A stretch of 64,000 nt of DNA, taken from the NCBI GenBank assembly GCA_964016885.1, contig OZ024740.1, forward strand, positions 262,260,001 through 262,324,000. The letters are read 5' to 3'. This document shows, one piece after another, positions 1 to 14,535 of this stretch. Source of the stretch: Eledone cirrhosa. Taxonomy: Eukaryota. Within the stretch, counting starts at the first letter, position 1. The number at the start of each line of letters is the position of its first letter. The notes beneath the pieces are model-generated. The model worked only from the letters and a program-made list of their open reading frames with translations, made no database searches and had not been told where the DNA came from. The position numbers and the translations under genes are program-made.

Positions 1-152
1 CACGCTAATCCCCTATAATTTAATGACCTCAATGAATAGATCCCAGGCTCTTTATAAGACAGTACATAGAGAAAAATACACAGAGAGGTATGTATTCAAT
101 TATAAGGGATTGAATACCACCAGGGTGAAAACCATATTGTCTACGAATGGAA

Positions 153-550
153 TGGAGAATACATATCAATTAAAAGAATAAATTAAAATGTACTAACCAT
201 CCGATAGTAACTATAAGCATGTTTCACCACAAATAAAGAGTAGATTCATACCGTGGAAGGCTGATCAACACGTGGATCAGCAGGTTCCCAGCTGCTGTTT
301 TTAGCGGTCTTTTGGTGCATTCACACCACCATGGACTGTATAGCGCGCATGTTTTCTCTTTCCACCATGCATGTATAATAGTTATCTGATATATTTTTAG
401 AAGTGTGGATCGTATTGTTGGTCCACCTGTTGATAAGCCCTCCACGGTATGAATCTACACTTTACTTGTGGTGAAACATGTCCAGATGTTATAGGTATTA
501 TCAGATGGTTTGTACATTTCAATTTATTTTTTAATTGATCTGTTTTCTCC
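153..550. repeat. Imperfect inverted repeat (~140 bp arms, ~153-292 and ~415-550), PLE pseudo-LTR-like
   Basis: catgtttcaccacaaataaagagtagattcataccgtgga is the near reverse complement of tccacggtatgaatctacactttacttgtggtgaaacatg; similarity extends on both sides. Confidence 0.85.
424..488 (+). ncRNA. Type I hammerhead ribozyme, U3-A8 core variant
   Basis: cacctg-TTGATAA(430-436)-gcc...ggt-GAAA(473-476)-CATG-TC-cagatg; stem I ctg/cag, palindromic stem III. Confidence 0.65.
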
Positions 551-569
551 TTTTCTTCGTAGATTGAAC

Positions 570-809
570 ACATACCGTCTATCGGACCGATTCACCAAAC
601 AATTTATGGTCATACGACTAGGTAAAAACACTCCTGTCACTCGTACTTCCGTTCCCCCACCCTCTCTACTCACTGTCTCAGGATTCACTGTCTCAGAGCT
701 CATTTTACACCAAGGATCCAGAGCTACTCGTATCAGGACCGAGCAGAACTTAATTTTCCGCTTTGTAACCTCATTTCCGTATGGACTCAATCCCACCCAG
801 ATCCTTTAA
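570..809 (+). pseudogene. Penelope-like element GIY-YIG C-terminal remnant
   Basis: TYRLSDRF...RIRTEQNLIFRFVTSFPYGLN resembles the PLE endonuclease end (R..E..LI....T..P.GLN). Confidence 0.55.
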
Positions 810-1567
810 CCTTCCTTTACCCTTGCTCTTACACACAAACACACGCACATATACACACACACACACAACTGCAGCCACCACACAATACACACACACATTT
901 ACAACATCTGTTTATATATACCACTCCACACACATCTTCTGCACACATCTAACCATCAATCCTACACTTTCGGATGTGTGCACATATATGTGCACTTGCC
1001 CACACACACATTCCTGTTCTCATGTCCATGTGTGCTTCTTTCTCTTGCACGCTCGTCTGTTTTTGTGTGGCACACGGTGCCGCGGCATTGGCGTCGTCGG
1101 TGGTGAATGATTCCTAACAGTTACTCCGTCCTCACCACTACCTGGCTCTATCCACGCGTTTAATGACCTAACACCTCTACGGTTGTACCTCTATCGTCGT
1201 ATGCCAGTCTATGCAGCTTCTCTTACAACCATACCAGGCAATGAGATATACTGGCCATTACTATTTTCACTTACCTCTCTTTTCGACATAGACATTCGTA
1301 TACATTCTTATACACCATCTTACGTCGGTCAGCAGCCAGCTTGTCACGGTTCAAGGCTTCTCCTTCAAACGTAAGAACACACCTTCACGCGCACACACAC
1401 ACATACACACACACATATACACACATATACACACACACAGCTTTCTTCCTACCCATTCCACTAGCTTGAGCTCGTTGGATGGTTTAATATATATAGGGTA
1501 AGAAGTGCACACATATCTACAATCATACAAAACGTGTGTATATGTTATTATATTAATTGTTAGGCAC

Positions 1568-1662
1568 AACCTCGGCGGGATTTGAACTCAGATCGTAAAG
1601 GGACGTAACTATGCTGGAAACATGGCGTCCGACCTTCCACCGATACTGCCAATCCACCGCCC
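1568..1662 (-). mobile_element. tRNA-derived SINE family A, partial
   Basis: Reverse complement of ggcggtggattggcagtatcgg...gagttcaaatcccgccgagg (A and B box-like motifs). Confidence 0.85.
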
Positions 1663-1677
1663 ATGTTATTATATTAA

Positions 1678-2073
1678 TGGCAGTATCGGTAGAGGGTCTG
1701 ACGCCATGCTTTGCAGCAAAGAGTTACAGCTCCTTGCCATTCTGAGTTCAAATCCCGCCGAGGTTAACTTTACCTTTCATCCTTACGGGGTCGATAAAAT
1801 AAAGTATCAGAAATACACTGGTATAATTGCTGGCCTTGTGCCCAAAGTAGAAATAATTTTTATATTAAGGGCGGCAGATTGTCAGTATCGGTAGAGCGTC
1901 GGTCAACATGCTTTGCGGCATAGAGTTACGGCCCAGTACGTTGTGAGATCATATGCCTTTCATCTTTACAGGGTCGATAAAGTAAAGTTCCAGTAATGCA
2001 CAGGAGTCGATTCAATCGACTTTCCCCTCCCTCAAAATGATTGGCATTCTGCCTAAATCAGAAAGCTTTATTA
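1678..2073 (+). mobile_element. Two adjacent SINE family A copies (1678-1857, 1869-2073)
   Basis: tggcagtatcggtagag head, gagttcaaatcc B box, cctttcatccttacggggtcgataaaataaagta central domain, ggccttgtgcc tail. Confidence 0.85.
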
Positions 2074-2229
2074 TATTAAGTTCAATGTTATGTATATTTC
2101 CAAAATTTCTTGAGTTGAAATTCTATCAGATTTAATATTTTTGCATAAATCTTTTCTTTCGGCTTTCTGAAACTATATTTTCTTAATTCAGCCTAACATT
2201 TCAAATATATGGAAACACTTTGGTATGCT

Positions 2230-2960
<731 letters not shown>

Positions 2961-3403
2961 CTAAACAGGGAAGGTGTTCGTACGTGTGTGTGCCTGTTAC
3001 TATCTGTACATGTGTTAAAGACGAGAAGCTGTTAACATTTTTTTAATAACTTACCTTTAGTGAATTACATTATTTTATTGTATTATTTTCTTCATTTGTA
3101 CCAATTTGATTTATACCCAGTGGGATTAAAAGATAAGTGTAATGTGTTTCTCTGTATGATTTGAAGCACCTAAAGACATAGAAAGCTTTTTTTCTTTTTA
3201 TTCATAGACGCAAATGGTTATCAGCACAGGGAGCTGAGAATATATGCTTACATGGGTAAGAAAGGCATATGGAACGTACTCCTTGAATATATGTGTGCAT
3301 GTGATTACTTATATGCATATGAGCTAATGCGTACTAATTATCGACTATGTATATAGGCATATACGTGAGGGCGGGTATATGTTAATACGACCGTTTGTGT
3401 ATG

Positions 3404-3468
<65 letters not shown>

Positions 3469-3676
3469 TTGTGTGTGTGCGCGCTAAAGCTACACTGATT
3501 GAATGGGTTTCCCTCTTCCTCATCAATTTTAACGATACAAGGCGCCAATTCCCAGTTGCCAATAAGTAATTGATATTCTGTGTTCAGCCAACTAAATTGA
3601 TACACACTTCGTTCTCTATAGGCGCCTTGAAATTTTAGCTGTTACACTCTTGATACATACATACACACATATATAC

Positions 3677-3723
<47 letters not shown>

Positions 3724-3819
3724 GAACAGATTAAAGTTTAACCAAAGAATCGGTGCTTCCACCATAACGGATTTAGTCTTCACATTTATTATTACTATAT
3801 TATATATATATATGTATAT

Positions 3820-3930
<111 letters not shown>

Positions 3931-4079
3931 AGCAAGTGTTTATGAAAAATGGTCGTTTTGGAAGCTTCCACATTACATATGGATAAGTCCCCGGATAACA
4001 AAATCAGGTGGCAGTACGATGAAAGGGGGTAAGGAGGAAGAGAAATGTAAAAAGAAATATGAAATAAAATGAAAACCTT

Positions 4080-4136
4080 GGAATAGATTTGGTCGTCCGC
4101 AAATTTCGGATTTCGCATCCATCGTCGGGGGATTCC
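4080..4136 (-). ncRNA. Degenerate type I hammerhead ribozyme downstream of a PLE fragment
   Basis: Minus strand: ggaatccc-CCGACGA-t-ggat gcgaa atcc-GAAA-tttg cggacgac caaa-TC-tattcc; U4 is mutated and stem I is imperfect. Confidence 0.55.
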
Positions 4137-4512
4137 GAATGAAAATTGAAGATTTGTCGGAAAAGAATTTACGTGGCCGTGTGTTGCTAATGTTAATGTC
4201 AGACTGATCGAAATACACCAACGAATATTCCCTATCAGGCGTGCGTACGCGAGATTGGCGCGGTCATACAGAGATCGTTAATGTTAGTAGTCGCTACTAA
4301 TGCGGGGGATGTGTGTGGTATCGCAGAGTTTGCGTGCACGCGTCAGTGTTATTGTCTCCTTGCATTCTGGTAGTGATTCTGGTTGATGAGGTACGTAGGT
4401 AGTTTAAATGTTGATGACAGTTACAGCATAGTAGCCGAACCTGTCCGCCTTTTTCTTTGTATGTTTGTATACCGGTAGGCGGGCTAAAAGTACAATAACG
4501 TTCGCTCGACTG

Positions 4513-4900
4513 TTATTGTGTGTATATGTCGTCGTTGGTTAAACCAGCCACCGCGTTTCGCTCCTTTCGGATTTGATGTTCATTGGCAGTTCCAATCATT
4601 TTATCCAGTGTTTCTTTGATCCTTAGAGTTCCACTGTTGCGTCCTGTTGCTAGCACTGTGACAGTGAGTCTTCCGTCCTTGTTTCTGCATTTGATGATTT
4701 GTTTCTGAAAGGACGAGGCGCTAGTGCTGACGTATTCCTTGATTCGTATGTGCAGTGGTCGAATGGTGCTGCCGATGTAAAAAATATTTGCACTTGTTAC
4801 ATTCGATCTAATAAACGTCGTAGATGCGGAATCAACAGTGTGTGTTATTCGGAGATGGTCTGTCACAGCAATAACACATATTCCGCGGGTCATCTCCGAA
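4513..4900 (-). pseudogene. Penelope-like element GIY-YIG endonuclease fragment
   Basis: FYIGSTIRPLHIRIKEYVSTSASSFQKQIIKC...TLRIKE; clearly homologous to the endonuclease at 40400-40690. Confidence 0.85.
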
Positions 4901-5009
4901 TCAAATATTTTCTCTATTCTCTGTTTGCGTCTGTCGTAATTCCTTTTATTGATTAATTATGTAATCCGCACATCATCGTAACTAAGCCTTTGAAATATAT
5001 ATAGTGTTT

Positions 5010-6130
5010 TTTGCAACAAAAAAAACTGTAAAGCGATTTCTTTCCAGTCCTTCCCGATTGACCTTGTATTTCTTCCACCCTCTGACTAGAAAGCTTGCTG
5101 GTGTTGATGTCAGTTCCCTTATTTATTTCAGATACTATGAGAGAGACATCTCTCCTATACTCTCTAATTTTGTACTCCTGCTGTCTGCCATTTCAGTTTT
5201 GCATTTGTGTTTATGTTCCTTCTTCCTACTTTGGGGTGCAACTTGCCAGCAATCACAGTTGCAGTGGCATATAGCAGCTGGTTAATGTCATCAAGTATCA
5301 GTGGTTTTCTGTGTTCGTTTTTTATTACTTCTAGCGCTTTGTTGGCTAGGTTGACCTTCTTCAGCTCATGCATCACTTCGAGCACTTTCTGAAGTTTTCT
5401 CCTGTATTTCAAATCCTGCATTTCCAGAATCTCCCACTGACGTAGAATATCTTCCTTTATTATCCAGACAGCAGCATCAACCAGTGAGCCATCACTTACA
5501 TGTTCATGTTTAGGGAGGTGCTCATCTGTGGGAGTTTCAGTAATACTCTCACCGTCTGCTGCTTCTGTTGTATGTAGGTCTCCTTCTTGACTGGGATCCT
5601 TATGTTGCTCACTTATCTCTGATATGATGGTTTACAGTTTTGATCCAATGAGTCTTTTGCTCCTCATAATGTCTCTTCTTACATTAGCTAACTTATTCAT
5701 GTTTATTTATTCTCTGGCGTTAGGGTTGGAATTCCTCCAGATACTATAAGTTTCTTGGGTTGACGAGTTATCTCTTGGAAACAGGATGGCAGTATAGTAC
5801 GCAGCCATCACTGATTTGTACTCCTCTCTGATCCATGTTTGTTGTCACCTTGTGGCTCATTGTGAGGTCTGTTCTCGGTATGTTCACTGGGGGTGGGGGG
5901 TCCATTTGCTGATTTTTCGATCTCGGTGCGGTTCCTCGCTGAGGAGCGCGGTCCTTCGTAATCCACGTTACGACCGATAAGGTATGATTTACTTCTTGTT
6001 TGTATAATTATGATGTTAAGGGATTAGGATTCTGTCTGGGTACTCTCCCATAGTTGTTGACCCTAGTATTAGTCTAGCCCACTCACCTGTTGGGTTCGTG
6101 GTCCAATGGAGTACAGGGCACCAAGCCGAT
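5010..6130 (-). mobile_element. 5' part of an R4/Dong-like non-LTR retrotransposon, decayed
   Basis: Minus-strand translation WIREEYKSVMAAYYTAILFP...TYSIWRNSNP...NKLANVRRDI and LDDINQLLYATATVIA, resembling R4-clade N-termini. Confidence 0.65.
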
Positions 6131-6158
6131 ATTAGTCGTTCTTTTTCTTATTATTATA

Positions 6159-6380
6159 TGGGCGGTGGTTTGGCAGTATCAGTAGAGCGTCTGACACCAT
6201 GCTTTGTAGCATAGAATTATGGTCCTCTACGTTCTGAGTTCAAATCACGCTGAGGTTAGCTTTGCCTTTCATCCTTACGGGGTTGATAAAATATGCACCA
6301 GTAACACACTGGGGTCGATTTAATAGACTTTCCCCTTCCCCCAAATTGTTGGCCTTGTGCATAAATGAAAAACGATTATA
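6159..6380 (+). mobile_element. SINE family A
   Basis: Same head, B box, central domain and tail as other copies. Confidence 0.85.
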
Positions 6381-7613
6381 TATATATATATATATATATA
6401 ATAGATAGATAGATAGGTAGCTAGCTAAATAGATAGATAAATAGGTTAATAGATAGATAGAGGTATAAATATAGTGAGGGGCAAGCAATATTCCCATCTA
6501 GCATATGAATCTAGATGCTCTCTCCGACTGGCCTGAAGTATTTACGTAGCCCAGACTTCGTTTCGAAGACGGAGACTCTTAAAATCTACTAAGCTGAATT
6601 GAGCTCCAGAAGAAATTTGTCATGCCCTGCAATCTCGGAACGTATGAATGTTAAATAAGCAGGTATTCCATTCCATTCCGCATAAAACACAAATCGACTG
6701 ATTGACAGGAATTCCTTAGAAACATTCTGGTCATCAAGTACGTTGCCTACTTTGACTGCATTGTCGCTACTAGGGTGACATCATAACGAATAATATTACA
6801 AAGTGAATCATATTACATGAAGCAAGAAATACGAATACCTACCATCTTTCTGCATCATCTAATTATGAAGCGATAGTATATGATGCAGAACTCATCTTTA
6901 CCAAGCCTAACCAAATAATAAAGCGTAAGAATAAAATAAAAACCACCGAATAGCACTTTAGCCATATTTGTCCTTCAAAATGCAGAACAGATAAACATAG
7001 ACACCGTTCTATAATATTGCGAACATTTAAAAGCATATGACACTGGCTTTGATATTAAAAATAAGACCCTAAAGCGAAACTACAAGACTTTCAGTAAGTG
7101 CGGCCACTGTAGCAAATTTGTGCCTAAATTCTGGAAATTTACATTACATCAATAACAGTTTAAATATATCAGCAGAAAAAAACATTATGTATAGCTGCTC
7201 AAATTCCTTAATTTGTCGATCTTATTCAATTGTGACTGAAGTCCCGCTACTCTCTCTAGCATTATTTTTATCTGCACTCGTCGTTAAACCTTTATCGGCA
7301 ACATGCGCTGCGAAGCTCATTCAGACTCTCACCTCTCAAAAGATATAAAGGTATTTTGTACAGTGTGGGAAATTTCTAAAGAAAATTACTCTGATGAATA
7401 GCTTCTTGTGTGTTGTTGGCTTTTACCGGAATCGATAATCGATGATCGAATACTGGGATCGAATTCCACTTGCCTAACGTTTTCTTGGAACTGTAAAACA
7501 GTACTGTTAGGAGTGTTAATTATTCCACCTTATGTATGTACATTTTTTCCTGAATATCATTTGTATTAAATATACTATGTTTCTCAAACGATATATGACG
7601 CTTTCTCTCTCCG

Positions 7614-7646
<33 letters not shown>

Positions 7647-8500
7647 CCCCCTCTCTCTATCTCTCTCCCCTCTCTCTCTCTCTCTCTCTCCCCTCTTTCT
7701 CTCTCTCTAAATATATATTTTGAATTTGAAATGTAAATATAATTCAGATTCAAAAGATATATTTGGTGAGAGAAAGAGTTATATATCCTTTGAGAAACAC
7801 GTAGTATTACAACAAATTAGCTAACCATACTTGAAAATTACAGCCCGATGCCCTCTAAAACAGCAGTGTAACACACCCACTGTCGTTTATGAGGCTGATG
7901 TTACACCCATTCGGCTGAATCAACAGCAAGAGGTCAAAACATATGTAGGTACAGCCAGCTCATAAACACTTCCGTTCTCACTATGTAAATATCACAATGC
8001 GGCGACCTAACGTTAAGGGGAGATAACGACGCTAAGAGTTTAATTAGGGTAGTACTCAAACAGGTAATGGTGACCTAAATAAAAACATATAAAAACATAT
8101 ATATAATTTTAGTGTGCTTACATCAGATAAAATAAAATAAGTTAAAATAAAGAAAAAATGAAACGAAGGATCAGATAAAATGTAGGTCATCAGCGGAGAA
8201 GATTAATATCGGCTGCTGTTGACTATTACAATGTACAATTGAAGGTGATATTTCTTAATGTTAATGTAAATGTTTCAGATCTCGATCATCTGGTTCAATG
8301 AAAATATTCTCATTTAGCCTGGCGAATCATATGTTGATCAATTAAATGTACAATTAACAGCTTTGGTTGCTTTATATATATATGTTCTAGAAATAATTTA
8401 ACCATGCAGTCAGTGGGCTGTAAACGTTGGATTCGCAATTCACATTGAACTTAACCCTCACTTTGCTACACGTACAGTTGTTTTCTCAACTTGCCGGAAT

Positions 8501-8663
<163 letters not shown>

Positions 8664-8877
8664 ACACCGGTTGAGTGCTTATTCGAGTTGTGCTAGTTAT
8701 GCAATTTTTTGCATGATTTACACATACTGAATTCATTTGACAAAATCTGGGGTTTTACCAAGCACTACGTCATTCATAACACTGGCGCAGAACAAAATAC
8801 CTGTTGATAACGTGATATTCTTTGTTCTATCATTATACCAAAAGCTTATAGTTGTAAGCAGACAGTATTATTGATTT

Positions 8878-9070
8878 AGGGCGGTGGATTGGCAGTATCG
8901 GTAGAGAGTCGGACGCTATGCTTTCCAGCATGGTTACGTCCCTTTACAGTCTGAGTTCAAAACCCGCCGAGGTTTACTTTGCCTTTCATCCTTACGGGGG
9001 TCGATAAAATAAAGTACCAGTAATGCACTGGGTATTTGCTGGCCTTGTGCCTAACGTAGAAACAATTATT
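8878..9070 (+). mobile_element. SINE family A
   Basis: Near-consensus copy. Confidence 0.9.
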
Positions 9071-9423
9071 GATTTAGGTGTCATAGAAACCCTGTATTTG
9101 GATTTTACCATCAATTCCGATGGGTCCAGGTTGGTTATATATATGTGTATATGTATGTATATATATATATATATATATACATATATACATATATATATGA
9201 TCTTATCATTTATTTTGTCTGACATTTTTAGCTTGATTTGTTTTTTGGCTTAAGTGGTTAATGGCTTCTTGACTGCCATTTCAGTTTGTATGGCGTTTAT
9301 AACATATGTTTATAGCTCTGGTTTTTTTAAACTATGGAGCGCTTGCCAGCATGACTTTGATTTGCGTTACGTTTCGCTTATTCTACCCGCCGAAATACGA
9401 TTCTCGCTGAATTTATATATATA

Positions 9424-9690
9424 CTAGACCACCCGTGACCCGTTGGGTCATGTTCACTTTAAAATATTTTTTTTAAAAATCGTGTTCACTTAAAAATAAT
9501 TTTTAAAAAATAAAAATATACACAGACATGTATATAATGTGAAAAGTAACTGGAAGGCCTATATATATACGTGAGTGTATGTATATATATATATGTGTGT
9601 GTGTGTAAACATATACATATATATGTATGTGTGTGTATATATATATATATATATATGTGGATGTCTGTGATCTACATGCACTGGTCATAA

Positions 9691-9722
<32 letters not shown>

Positions 9723-9733
9723 TCACACAGACT

Positions 9734-9803
<70 letters not shown>

Positions 9804-10619
9804 ACAGCACCACCAGCTCTCTTCCATTTTCATTCTCTGTCTCCTCTCCCTCTTTCTGTCTCTCTTTCAATCTACTCTCTCACAACCACTATCTCTTTCT
9901 CTCAATCTTTTTCTCTCTTCGTTTACTTTGTTTATGAAGGCACCAGGAAAAACCCCATATGTCGGGAACCCGCGGTCCGATTTACGCGAAATTTGTTTTG
10001 TTCCATTTGTATTCCCATTTCAGGGTCAACTTTCTTTCAAAGTATTTTCCCATTATGCGCCCCTTTGGCTGTATTACATTACAGATAAGCAAGCAAGCAA
10101 TCAATCACAGACTTTTAGTATTATAAAAAATGTATACACCATTATATATATTGCCTGTACAGGTAATCAAAGTGTGTATACATTTTTCCGGGACACCATA
10201 TATATATATATACCGGTGTCCCTAATAATGTTTACACCATTCTAATATATATATTGCCTGTACAGGTAATCAAAGTGTGTATACATTTTTCCGGGACACC
10301 ATATATATATATATATATATATATATAGCGGTGTCCCTAAAAATGTATACACCATTCTAATATATATATTGGATGTACAGGTAATCAAAGTGTGTATACA
10401 TTTTTCCGGGACACCATATATATATATATATACCGGTGTCCCTAAAAATGTATACACCATTCTAATATATATATTGCCTGTACAGGTAATCAAAGTGTGT
10501 ATACATTTTTCGGGGACACCATATGTATATATACCGGGGTCCCTAAAAATGTATACACCATTCTAATATATATATTGCCTGTACAGGTAATCAAAGTGTG
10601 TATACATTTTTCGGGGGCA

Positions 10620-10656
<37 letters not shown>

Positions 10657-10876
10657 GGGGTCCCTAAAAATGTATACACCATTCTAATATATATATTGCC
10701 TGTACAGGTAATCAAAGTGTGTATACATTTTTCGGGGACACCAAATATATATATACCGGGGTCCCTAAAAATCCTAACAAATAATGCATGTATAGGCAAT
10801 CAAAGTGGGTATACATTTTTGGGGGGACAACCTGTATATACACAAATATGAACATATATATATAGAGAAAGTGTGT

Positions 10877-10928
<52 letters not shown>

Positions 10929-10957
10929 TCAAGATCAGAGTTTTAGTAGTATATAGA
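9424..10957 (-). mobile_element. Probable non-autonomous Helitron
   Basis: Minus-strand 5' end TCtatatactactaaaac (10957) followed by (CTTG)n; 3' end hairpin tgaccc-aac-gggtca then CTAG|T (9424); internal ccgatttacgcgaaattt resembles the motif in the 22.7 kb Helitron. Confidence 0.5.
10125..10838. repeat. Tandem array of seven ~89 bp Tc1/mariner-like MITE units separated by variable (TA)n
   Basis: Each unit: ggtgtccctaaaaatgtatacac ... gtgtatacatttttc(c/g)gggacacc (terminal inverted repeats), flanked by TA. Confidence 0.85.
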
Positions 10958-11072
10958 TATATATATATATTAACAATATTAACAAATGGAAAATAACTTT
11001 ATAATACCATATTTATTTTATTATACGTATTTCAAGGACACTAAATTTTAGTGTGCTTACATCAGATAAAAT

Positions 11073-11262
11073 ATAATTGTTTCTACTTTTGGCACAAGGC
11101 CATCAATTACCCAGTACATTACTGGTACTTTATTTTATCGACCCCGTAAGGATGAAAGGCAAAGTTGACCTCGGCGGGATTTGAATTCAGAATGGAAAGG
11201 GCCGTAACTCTATGCGTCAAAGCATGACGTCCGACCCTCTACCGACACTGCCAATCGACCAA
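11073..11262 (-). mobile_element. SINE family A
   Basis: Reverse-complement copy. Confidence 0.9.
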
Positions 11263-11406
11263 TATAATATTTGGTGTTAAGGTATTGACATACCTTAGCG
11301 TAAACTTAATAGTATAAGCGCGCTAACGGCAGTGAGGTCAAAATTCAAAATAACAAGGTATATAAGTTAACAAGGATACATTACTCAACAAACCATATAA
11401 CTCATT

Positions 11407-11492
<86 letters not shown>

Positions 11493-11684
11493 AAAATTAT
11501 AACAGAAAGTTTGAAGCTATTTTCTAGATATATTTAGTATATAGCTTTAAACTTTCTGTTATAATTTTGCTCGCTTTGGGATTTTGGCTTTATCTACATG
11601 AACTATTGAACAACATATATCTCTATGACATACTTTCAAAACCGCCCTTACAGTACAATTAATTGTACCTGTATAAACCACAAC

Positions 11685-11930
11685 AGCTCACGAGTTAGTG
11701 TTGCGAAGATTGATTGAAGTTGTGAAGATTCACAACAGAACGAAAAAGCTTTTGGATCTGCACACAGAGGAAAGATGATGAAATTTCTAAAAGCTTATGG
11801 AATCCCACAAAGATTAATTGGTACACTTAGTAAAATGTACGAAGGCATCAAAGAACGATTTATTAGTCCTGATGGTGAAACCGAATATTTTGAAATAATT
11901 GTAAGTGCCCTGCAAAGTGACACTCTGTAA
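11685..11930 (+). pseudogene. RTE-clade LINE reverse transcriptase fragment
   Basis: HRGKMMKFLKAYGIPQRLIGTLSKMYEGIKERFISPDGETEYFEIIVSALQSDTL matches the RTE pattern HRGKM..IL.AYGIP...SPDG.T..F.I..GVLQGDTL. Confidence 0.75.
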
Positions 11931-12222
11931 CAAAATTTCACCTCATATTCTAAATTAGGCATGTCAACCCGCGCAAAGGTTTTTACAGCGCGAGCATGTT
12001 TTATCTTTGTAATACAAAATAAAAAAAAATTAGTTGTAATGTGCGCGATTAGTTGTCGTGAAAAATTGTTATTTTGAAATTACACGATTCTGATGAAATG
12101 ACAAACACATCAAGATTTATGCAATTCACCTACTGATATTTCTTCCAGTTGCGATTAATGTTCTTTTCCTTCCTTAAATTCGAATTTATATGCTTCTTCA
12201 TTGCGATTCCATCATTATTTAT

Positions 12223-12402
12223 ATGGCAGTATTGGTAGAGAGTCGGACGCCATGCTTTCCAGCATAGTTACGTCCATTACAGACTGAGTTCAAATCCCGC
12301 CGAGGTTAACTTTGCCTTTCGTCCTTACCGGGTCGATAAAATAAAGTACCAGTAATGCACTGGTTAATTGCTGGCCTTGTGCCAAAAGTAGAAACAATTA
12401 TT
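12223..12402 (+). mobile_element. SINE family A
   Basis: Near-consensus copy. Confidence 0.9.
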
Positions 12403-13779
12403 TATATGAGCATCAAAACAGTGCACCTGTCAACCGTATTAAAGGGATTGTGGAGTTGTAACTGCATCATTCACGAGAAAACCCGCAATCTAATTTTTAC
12501 AAATCTCCAACATGGCATCCATAGGAAAGTTGCTTTAGCATTGCCCATTAATGTCTTAAATAATGTACAATTTTTGTTATATTATGGAAATCTTATTAAA
12601 TTTCAAGAGATACATTTGACGAAATAAATGAAATTTTTTTAACAATGAGAAAGAAAAGAGAATCGTAAATATATTTTGTAAAAACTATTTTCACAGAAAA
12701 CCTTGTAGGCAATTTAATTAAAACCACACACTTGTATGGTTAGTAAACACCGAAAAGAATATCTGATATTTTAGTGAAGCGTCAACTGTTGCTAAAATTC
12801 CATTTAAAGTTTTAAAGTAGTTCAAATTGGTTAAAGGCCCCACTTATATCCTGACCTTTATTTATACTGTTAAAAATGATATTTATAATGATAACGATAA
12901 AAAAGTAACGTACAAACAACATTAGCAAAAGTAACTCAAAGTTTATCCTCTTCAACGCATCCAGCTATACAAATTGAATAAATAAAGATTTTACATACCC
13001 TCCAAATGTATTTTTAAATTAGTTTGAAATAATTTTGTTCAACAGTAAAAATAAGATTGTGAACATTTTAATTTCAGCTATGATAAGCAAAATGTGTTTC
13101 CTTTTTTCATTAAAGTCAAGTAGTTTTTATTCGCCTCAGTTGCTATTAAAGTCTTCTGTGGCCCCCTTTAGCACAAATATCCTTGGGGTTTTAAAATATC
13201 TGAATCAGGATAATTGGTTTTTATCTCAAAGGATTGTATTTTTCATGAGTGTAAGTAGCTTTCGTTTATGTCCGTTTCACAAATCCCATATCAAAATGTA
13301 AACGTACAGCAAATATTGTAGTTGCCCGAGGATGGCGGATTTCTTCTCATCTGATATAAAAAAAAAACTAAGAATAAAGTATAAGAAAAAGAAAGAAAAC
13401 GAAATCACATCACAACATAACAAAAATGTGTAACAAAAAAACAAAATATGTATGACTCGTTCTCGTATGCAGCTTTCTGTTGTCGCGGTGGACGGCAAAT
13501 TTTCAATCAATAACATTTTTTTAACTCATTTCAAAAATTGAAAAGATTAAAAGACCAACGGTAAAATATCTAGCGTGTTTTAACCTTGATAAATGGAGTT
13601 AATGTAAGCTGGTGGCTAGCAGACACTTGACCATTTATCCATTTCCCTTTGGTGTCATTTATTGTCTAACTTTATTCATGTAAGCTCACTTGTATTCTTA
13701 AAAGCATATCATCCCAGTAAGTCCTCTGTGTGTCACTCACTCTCTCTTTCTATCCCCCCTCTCTCTCTCTCTCTCTCTT

Positions 13780-13943
<164 letters not shown>

Positions 13944-13974
13944 CATTTCGCTCTCTCTCTTTCTCTCTCTGTAC

Positions 13975-14005
<31 letters not shown>

Positions 14006-14272
14006 CGTGTGTGTGTGTGTATTTGTGTGTGTGCAGTTATATATATGTATATTTATGCCTAGCTACATACATACATATCTACTTAACTACATACATACAA
14101 ATACACAAAAAATAGTGTTTTCGCTGAAGATTACCACAATGTTCCAACCTTTTTTCTCTCTCTCCGAAATCTACATTTCCCGAAGAAGGACTTATGCCTA
14201 ACAGATTGAAATCCTCATTTACGTCTTCCTAAGCGTAAAACTAATAAGATTTTGTAATTTTGCATGAGTTTG

Positions 14273-14387
<115 letters not shown>

Positions 14388-14535
14388 AGACCTTTCGATG
14401 GGTTTATGTACTTCGACAAAGGTAAACCTATTACTGATTATACCAATAATATGCTATTGCTTGTTCCTGTCACATTGAAATATTTTACTGATATTAACAA
14501 GGTTAAATAAAGTAAGCTTCATTCGTGTTTCTATA

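Noticed and set aside
6548-6740. Minus-strand GAAACgaaGTC with a distant TTGATGA
   Set aside because: Could not build stems I and II
7885-8195. Hairpin gtttatgag/ctcataaac and a minus-strand CTGATGA near 8188
   Set aside because: Core elements not in correct register; at most a very old HHR module
10125-10838. CRISPR-like look (palindromic repeats with variable spacers)
   Set aside because: Spacers are only (TA)n, units are ~89 bp, no cas genes, eukaryotic context
14168-14212. atttc-CCGAAGA-agg...cct-aaca-gattgaaat HHR-like trace
   Set aside because: Core and GAAA both damaged; too decayed to call
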